Positions 59,849-64,000 of a stretch of DNA of 64,000 nucleotides are shown here, one piece after another (position 1 is the first letter of the stretch; each line of letters begins with the position of its first letter). A model generated the notes under the pieces. That model saw only the letters and a list, made by a program, of their open reading frames with translations, ran no database searches and was not told the origin of the DNA. Source of the stretch: a virus; IMG/VR virus record IMGVR_UViG_3300006893_000001, one strand, 5' to 3'. The translations under genes were made by a program, and so were the position numbers.

Positions 59849-60562
59849 TTAAGAATGTCTGCGGCGGAACCGCTTGTACACCACAGGGCTCGATACTTCA
59901 TCTACCAAGTTTTCGTCAAGTGCTTCTTGCGCAGATAAGAACCAATGACGGCGGTCATATTTCTTTCGGAAGTAGGTCCACGGCTTGCCGGTACGAGCCG
60001 CAAATAGCTCATCACAGGCCTGGTCTTGTCGTTTTACATAGTCTATGTAGTCTTCGTGATGGTCGAGACGATGTTCTTCGCTTCCATAATGGAAGGCGTG
60101 CAACAAAAAGAAACTGTAGGGTTCGCAAGTTCTCTTAGTTGCGGCCTGTAAAATGATGGCGCCCATGGAGTAGGCCCCACCTTGAACATGAATATTTACT
60201 GGGCGACCTTCGCGTTGAATGCCCTGAATGGTAGAAACAAGGCCAAGGCCAGCATCAACTTCGCCGCCTGGGCTCGTCATGTACATATATATGGGCTTTT
60301 TACTGGGTAGCGTAAGATGAACATCCATCAGCTCCTGTTGACGCGCCTTCATATTCTCTTCGCTTGTTTCACCGTGGAACAGAATATGACCCGCGTGGGT
60401 GGAGTTGACTGGCTCATACGCCTCTGATGGAACTTTGTCCATCATCTGCGGCACAATGTCTGCAATAGCGCTATGCACATTCTTGACTTTCAGCGTACGA
60501 AGACGCTGTTCAAGAATCGTAGTGAACCAATACGAAAGTTCCTGTGGTAGGATACGAGGCAT
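59849..60562 (-). CDS. ClpP-family (S14) prohead protease
   Basis: YMYMTSPGGEVDAGLGLVSTI, GGAYSMGAIILQA, LLHAF. Confidence 0.85.
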   Translation of the reverse strand: MPRILPQELSYWFTTILEQRLRTLKVKNVHSAIADIVPQMMDKVPSEAYEPVNSTHAGHILFHGETSEENMKARQQELMDVHLTLPSKKPIYMYMTSPGGEVDAGLGLVSTIQGIQREGRPVNIHVQGGAYSMGAIILQAATKRTCEPYSFFLLHAFHYGSEEHRLDHHEDYIDYVKRQDQACDELFAARTGKPWTYFRKKYDRRHWFLSAQEALDENLVDEVSSPVVYKRFRRRHS

Positions 60563-61867
60563 TTACTTCGCCTTTCTAGCTACGTACTCTTTGTCGCGAA
60601 AGATGCTGAACCCATTTTCGATAGGGACGATTTCAACACGGTGATGTTTGTGGTCTTTTGTAAGAGTCGCAACGCCAAAGCCTTGTGACCAGTTAAGACG
60701 AGTTCCGCCTGAGGGCACAAGCGTACGGTTCAAGACCATTGGGTCTTGATGGTCGCCGAGACGCATAAGACCTGGAATGCAGTGCGTTGTATAGACTTTG
60801 TGACCATCCTTATAATGAACTGTGTGGCCATTGACAGCAATTTGTGGATGATGACCATGGATGATGCTAGCGCGCAGGTCGGTTTTAGACGTTAAACCCT
60901 GGTGCTGACAAACCAAGTCGTCAGCGAGCCAGTGTTGGCCGCCAGGATATTCGGCCTCACATTTGATATTGAGTTGGTCGAAGCAAAGTAGATTCTGAAG
61001 GGATAGGACTGGCCAGTGGTCCGGTGTATCCGCACGCTTAAGACCGTAGCAGGCTTTTGCATTGGTGATGATGTACTCCTGAATACGACGCTCATGATTG
61101 CCCGGAATGAAGATGATTTCGCACTTCGGTCCAACAATCCGACGGACTTGAAGTAGAAACTCATAAGCATACTGAATCGCAGGCTGCAGCGTTTTCTGGA
61201 ACTCCGGTACCTGAAGATAGCGACTAATTTCGCTACAGTCAAGCAGGTCACCGAGGATTACGACTTTCTGTGGATGAACATCTTGCAAAGCTTGAAGACA
61301 GACGTCGACAGCCTTCTCGTCGTGCATATTTACAAGCTTACCGTTAATCCACCAATACCCAATCTGAGCATCTGGGATTATAAAGACATAATCAAGATTA
61401 CGTGAACGAGTAGCTGTAAACGGAATATATTCAATAGCTCGTTGTGTTGCAGGTTGCATTGGCGGCCATTGAGGACCTGTTTTCCAAGTCGGGTCGAGGA
61501 CAAGCTGAGTTGAATACAAACCTTCACGAACGAACTTATGTGTACCGTCGGCTTGCTTTATCTTAGCGCCTACGCCCCATTCATTAAGTTTAATCTTGCT
61601 GATTTTACCGATTGATTCAACAGGAACGCCGCTACGGTCAAGCAACTCTTTGAGACGATTAAGACCTTCTTCCTTAGAAGGCTCCAGCACAGACTTAGGA
61701 ACTTCACCGCGAGATGCGGCGAGCAACCAATCCTGAGCTGTACGAAGAGAAATTCGACCATTTTTGCCTATACACTTAGGCGCGATAGACTTACCTGCGG
61801 CGGAAATGCTGCCATGCTCTGCGATGAGTTTAGCAGCAACTTCCGCTGTTAGTTCAGAACGCTTCAA
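60563..61867 (-). CDS. calcineurin-like metallophosphoesterase with N-terminal helical/HTH-like region
   Basis: IIPDAQ, VVILGDLLD, IFIPGNHE, IIHGHH. Confidence 0.7.
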   Translation of the reverse strand: MKRSELTAEVAAKLIAEHGSISAAGKSIAPKCIGKNGRISLRTAQDWLLAASRGEVPKSVLEPSKEEGLNRLKELLDRSGVPVESIGKISKIKLNEWGVGAKIKQADGTHKFVREGLYSTQLVLDPTWKTGPQWPPMQPATQRAIEYIPFTATRSRNLDYVFIIPDAQIGYWWINGKLVNMHDEKAVDVCLQALQDVHPQKVVILGDLLDCSEISRYLQVPEFQKTLQPAIQYAYEFLLQVRRIVGPKCEIIFIPGNHERRIQEYIITNAKACYGLKRADTPDHWPVLSLQNLLCFDQLNIKCEAEYPGGQHWLADDLVCQHQGLTSKTDLRASIIHGHHPQIAVNGHTVHYKDGHKVYTTHCIPGLMRLGDHQDPMVLNRTLVPSGGTRLNWSQGFGVATLTKDHKHHRVEIVPIENGFSIFRDKEYVARKAK

Positions 61868-61891
61868 GGAAAGACTCCTTTCTGAGTCTGA

Positions 61892-62614
61892 TTACGCTTT
61901 GGACTTCTTACCGAATGAGTCCCACATTTCTTGTGCAACTTCGTCGGTTTGCTTCATAGCGTCTTTTGCTTTGCCCTCTTTGCCTTCGTTGGAAGCAGGA
62001 GCAACTTTACGAGTCACTCGGCGGTCAGTACTTTCAGACCCTTCGGTCTTGAACAAGTACGAACGCTCTTCTTTCAACTTAGCAATAGCTGCGTCGACGC
62101 CAGTCAAGTTTCCGTTTTCGTACTTGACTTCTTTCATATCGAGAAAGAGAAGCGCATCGTCAGGATTACGTAGTCCCGCAGCTGCAGCAACTGCTTTGAT
62201 TTCTGCATTCACCTCGCGCTTGTCGCGGGCAGAAAGTTCTTTGTCGAACTCTGCCTTCGCATCTGCGAGGTCTTTCTGTGCTTTATCTGCAAGCTTCTTA
62301 AACTCACCAGCTTCTGCAAGCTTAGCGTTTTCAATAGCGTCGAGCTTCGCCTTGGCATCAGCGGCGTCTTTCTTTGCCTGACGCGCTTCAGTCTCAGCTT
62401 CATTGCGCTCTCGCTCAAGACGTTCTATGTACTTTGGGTCCTTAGCGCGCTCAGCGGCGTCTGCAGCTTTCTTATCAGCGGCAGCTTTATCGGCTGCGGC
62501 TTTATCAGTAGCGGCTTTGGCATCAGCGGCAGCTTTATCGGCTGCGGCTTTATCAGTAGCGGCTTTGGCATCAGCGGCAGCTTTATCGGCTGCAGCTTGT
62601 TCTTCAGTTGTCAT
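61892..62614 (-). CDS. scaffolding protein
   Basis: Ala/Lys/Asp-rich coiled coil with repeated DKAAADAKAATDKAAA; sits between portal and protease. Confidence 0.75.
   Translation of the reverse strand: MTTEEQAAADKAAADAKAATDKAAADKAAADAKAATDKAAADKAAADKKAADAAERAKDPKYIERLERERNEAETEARQAKKDAADAKAKLDAIENAKLAEAGEFKKLADKAQKDLADAKAEFDKELSARDKREVNAEIKAVAAAAGLRNPDDALLFLDMKEVKYENGNLTGVDAAIAKLKEERSYLFKTEGSESTDRRVTRKVAPASNEGKEGKAKDAMKQTDEVAQEMWDSFGKKSKA
62474..62594. repeat. 48-nt tandem repeat (about 2.5 copies) inside the scaffold gene
   Basis: ATCAGCGGCAGCTTTATCGGCTGCGGCTTTATCAGTAGCGGCTTTGGC repeated exactly at 62474 and 62522. Confidence 0.9.
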
Positions 62615-62672
62615 TGTCTATTCATCCTTTTTGGCCATGGGCCAAATCATTTGGTGGGACTTATTCCCTCGG

Positions 62673-64000
62673 TTACTTAGCTCCTCCGCCCGGAGGCGTT
62701 GGTGGAGGCGGTGGATTCAAATGCGTTGTTAGCAAATCCAACTGGTCCGCCTGAGGATTCTCTTTCAGCAACTCTTCAACCTGCTCGTTCGGATTAGGTT
62801 CACCAAGCAACTGAGCCGCATGACGAGCGGCAGTAGCGAGCGGAATAATTTGTTTACCAATCTTCGGCGTTCCGCCAGCGGCTTGATTCAACGCCGCAAG
62901 CGAGTACTGCAGCTCCTGACCTTGTGGTCGATACCACTCAGGCCAGAATAGACGCAGTGGAAGGTTGGGTTCGATACCTTTAGCGCTAGGCACTTCATCG
63001 AGAATAATGCTATTGTCAACAAGAGCCTGAAGCAGCATCTTAACAAGGAGTAGCATGCCGCGGTTGCCGTAGCAGATGCGCAAGCGTTCAACAAGCCAGA
63101 TAAGTGCCTGATGCAAAATTTCAAGAGCGCGACCAGAACTAGCGTTGCCACCATGGGCATGTTCTTGGTCGGCCTTCATACCAGACAAAACTTCAATAGC
63201 GTACTCACGAAGCAGCTTGACGTGGTTACCAGCTTCCTTAAGACCTTCACCAGTAATTTCCAACATCTCAACCGTCGCGCCATGTGGTAGCACAACTGCG
63301 CGAGCCGGTGACTTCTGAAGAGTTGTTGAGTTGGCATCAGCTCCAACCGCTGGAGGCTCTTCAAGTCCACCGAATCCACCAGCCGGTTCGAGACTAGACG
63401 CAATATCACCTTTTGTTACTGCGAGTAGTGGGTCAGCTGTATAGCGGAAACCGCGACCAATTTGCGAAAGCAAATAGTCGATTTCAACGTGCGTGTCGAC
63501 AACAGCGCCATACGTACTCTCGCCATCGATTTCTCTACGCTCTGGAGAGTTGCGAAGCCAGATGGCTGGACAGAATTTGAATCCGTGCGAACCAGAACTA
63601 TCCGGGTCGAGAGTCCATTCAACTTTGTGACCTAATCCATCGTCTTCGCCAAGCTTGCGATAGTCATCGTCGCAAAGCGGATACGACCACAGTTCATCGA
63701 CTGTGTCCAGAACAATCTTAATCCACCACGGTTGGTCCTGCTTATCCTGCGGAATGAAGTAGCCCAACGCCATAAGGTCGCCTGGGTCGACTTTGTAGAT
63801 GCGAATAAGAGAATTTATTTTGCTCGGGTCACCTGGGTCAAATACCGGCGTGCAATACTTACCGGGATAAACATCAAGCCATGGCTTGTTATTGTCAAGG
63901 CGCGAGATAACGATTGCAGCAGAGCCAGACGAACCTTTGAGCGCAGCTTCAAGCATAATGGACTTGAGGTCAGTCTCATACAGAATTGCTTCAATTGCAA
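62673..64000 (-). CDS. portal protein (5' end beyond the window)
   Basis: Frame stays open upstream of the listed ATG to position 64000; lies upstream of the scaffold; Pro-rich C-terminus. Confidence 0.6.
   Translation of the reverse strand, partial: AIEAILYETDLKSIMLEAALKGSSGSAAIVISRLDNNKPWLDVYPGKYCTPVFDPGDPSKINSLIRIYKVDPGDLMALGYFIPQDKQDQPWWIKIVLDTVDELWSYPLCDDDYRKLGEDDGLGHKVEWTLDPDSSGSHGFKFCPAIWLRNSPERREIDGESTYGAVVDTHVEIDYLLSQIGRGFRYTADPLLAVTKGDIASSLEPAGGFGGLEEPPAVGADANSTTLQKSPARAVVLPHGATVEMLEITGEGLKEAGNHVKLLREYAIEVLSGMKADQEHAHGGNASSGRALEILHQALIWLVERLRICYGNRGMLLLVKMLLQALVDNSIILDEVPSAKGIEPNLPLRLFWPEWYRPQGQELQYSLAALNQAAGGTPKIGKQIIPLATAARHAAQLLGEPNPNEQVEELLKENPQADQLDLLTTHLNPPPPPTPPGGGAK

Noticed and set aside
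62474-62594. Possible CRISPR-like or VNTR array
   Set aside because: The 48-nt units are contiguous with no spacers. They are in frame and encode the DKAAADAKAATDKAAA scaffold repeat.
62629-62647. Hairpin TTTGGCC-ATG-GGCCAAA between the portal and scaffold genes as a terminator
   Set aside because: On the transcribed (minus) strand it is followed by AAAGGATG, which is the scaffold SD, and not by a U-tract. The loop is only 3 nt.
41412-62732. Long antisense ORFs inside structural genes (41412..41807, 42356..42760, 43194..43718, 48021..48458, 59050..59544, 61764..62381, 62403..62732)
   Set aside because: They are mirror frames of Gly/Ala/Pro-rich or repeat-rich genes. They have no start context and overlap high-confidence structural genes completely.

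Overview
This 64-kb window is a gene-dense segment of a tailed dsDNA phage genome with a contractile-tail (myovirus-type) structural module.

Layout:
(i) 1-3795: a minus-strand operon headed by an Amidoligase_2-type ligase and a Cys1 GAT-II-like thiol peptidase.
(ii) 3796-4591: an ORF-poor regulatory hub with paired palindromic operators (TGCGAY-N4-GTCGCA), three rightward sigma70-like promoters and direct repeats.
(iii) 4592-15282: plus-strand early genes (DnaQ-like exonuclease, exported proteins, 3D-domain wall hydrolase, deoxyribosyltransferase-like protein, winged-helix protein). The block ends in a second amidoligase/GAT-like pair extended by GNAT and DUF1643 genes.
(iv) 15341-17545: a tightly packed array of 27 tRNAs that, by hand folding, covers all 20 amino acids.
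(v) 17524-19016: a short minus-strand operon.
(vi) 19043-34671: a plus-strand replication and nucleotide-metabolism block. It holds a Toprim primase-NTPase, dCMP deaminase, SNF2 helicase, MazG-like NTP pyrophosphatase, dNMP kinase, a ThyA-fold enzyme with Asp at the pyrimidine-specificity position, family A DNA polymerase, endonuclease VII and a GGCT.
(vii) 34727-64000: the minus-strand late block. It holds a VRR-NUC nuclease, lysis cassette, collagen-like tail fibres, baseplate, tape measure, a -1 frameshifted chaperone pair, tube, sheath, head-completion genes, major capsid, ClpP-like protease, scaffold and a partial portal.

No integrase, transposase, CRISPR array or rRNA was seen. All domain calls rest on motif recognition by eye and gene order, not on database searches. 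tRNA calls are manual cloverleaf folds.

The strongest candidates for undescribed biology are:
- the duplicated amidoligase / thiol-peptidase cassettes, one fused to GNAT + DUF1643 + the tRNA array;
- the predicted cytosine-specific ThyA-fold enzyme, which implies non-canonical DNA;
- two Leu-anticodon tRNAs lacking a long variable arm;
- an orphan receiver domain and a secreted retropepsin-like protease embedded in the virion module;
- a recurrent operator motif with fixed 31-bp pairing.
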